32,000 bases of DNA, taken from positions 1 through 32,000 of the forward strand of contig CAYFUT010000014.1 of assembly GCA_964346395.1 (NCBI GenBank), written 5' to 3'. A program made the translations under genes and the position numbers. The notes under the pieces are model-generated. The model was not told the DNA's origin and ran no database searches. It saw nothing but the letters and a program-made list of their open reading frames with translations. Source of the DNA: an uncultured Halobacteroidaceae bacterium. GTDB lineage: Bacteria; Bacillota; Halanaerobiia; Halobacteroidales; Halobacteroidaceae. Shown here piece after piece: positions 31,998 through 32,000 of the stretch (its first letter is position 1; each line of letters begins with the position of its first letter).

Positions 31998-32000
31998 CTT

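Overview
AT-rich, Firmicute-type chromosomal segment. Every convincing gene is on the + strand.

Gene order:
(1) A tRNA cluster: a truncated tRNA-His, then tRNA-Thr(UGU), tRNA-Ala(GGC) and tRNA-His(GUG), with repeat-rich spacers.
(2) A type IV pilus cluster: pilB, a short pilC-like remnant, pilA, pilM, pilN, pilO, a pilP-like gene and a pilQ secretin that carries two C-terminal LysM modules.
(3) A split LysO/DUF340-type transporter, preceded by a 54-bp perfect palindrome.
(4) A dcw cluster without mraZ: rsmH, ftsL, a class B PBP with PASTA domains, murE, murF, mraY, murD, ftsW, murG, murA, ftsQ, ftsA, ftsZ.
(5) spoIIGA and sigE.
(6) A SARP/BTAD-family regulator with an extra C-terminal domain. 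It is followed by 11-nt phased TAATCGAG repeats next to an extended -10 box, a leader with two long interlocking helices, and a small, very acidic ORF.
(7) A polyprenyl diphosphate synthase.
(8) A consensus promoter, a cobalamin riboswitch and a BtuF-like binding protein.
(9) A nested inverted-repeat element cut by the window end.

A secretin, a substrate-binding protein with no lipobox and sporulation genes together point to a diderm, spore-forming Firmicute (Negativicutes/Halanaerobiales type); this is inference.

Most of the window is conserved housekeeping. I see no CRISPR array, transposase, integrase or recognisable defence genes. The most plausible poorly described module is the SARP-like regulator, its phased repeats, the structured leader and the acidic protein (27.6-29.4 kb). 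The LysM-bearing secretin and several unexplained structured intergenic elements come next.

All domain calls are by eye from motifs. No database search was possible.
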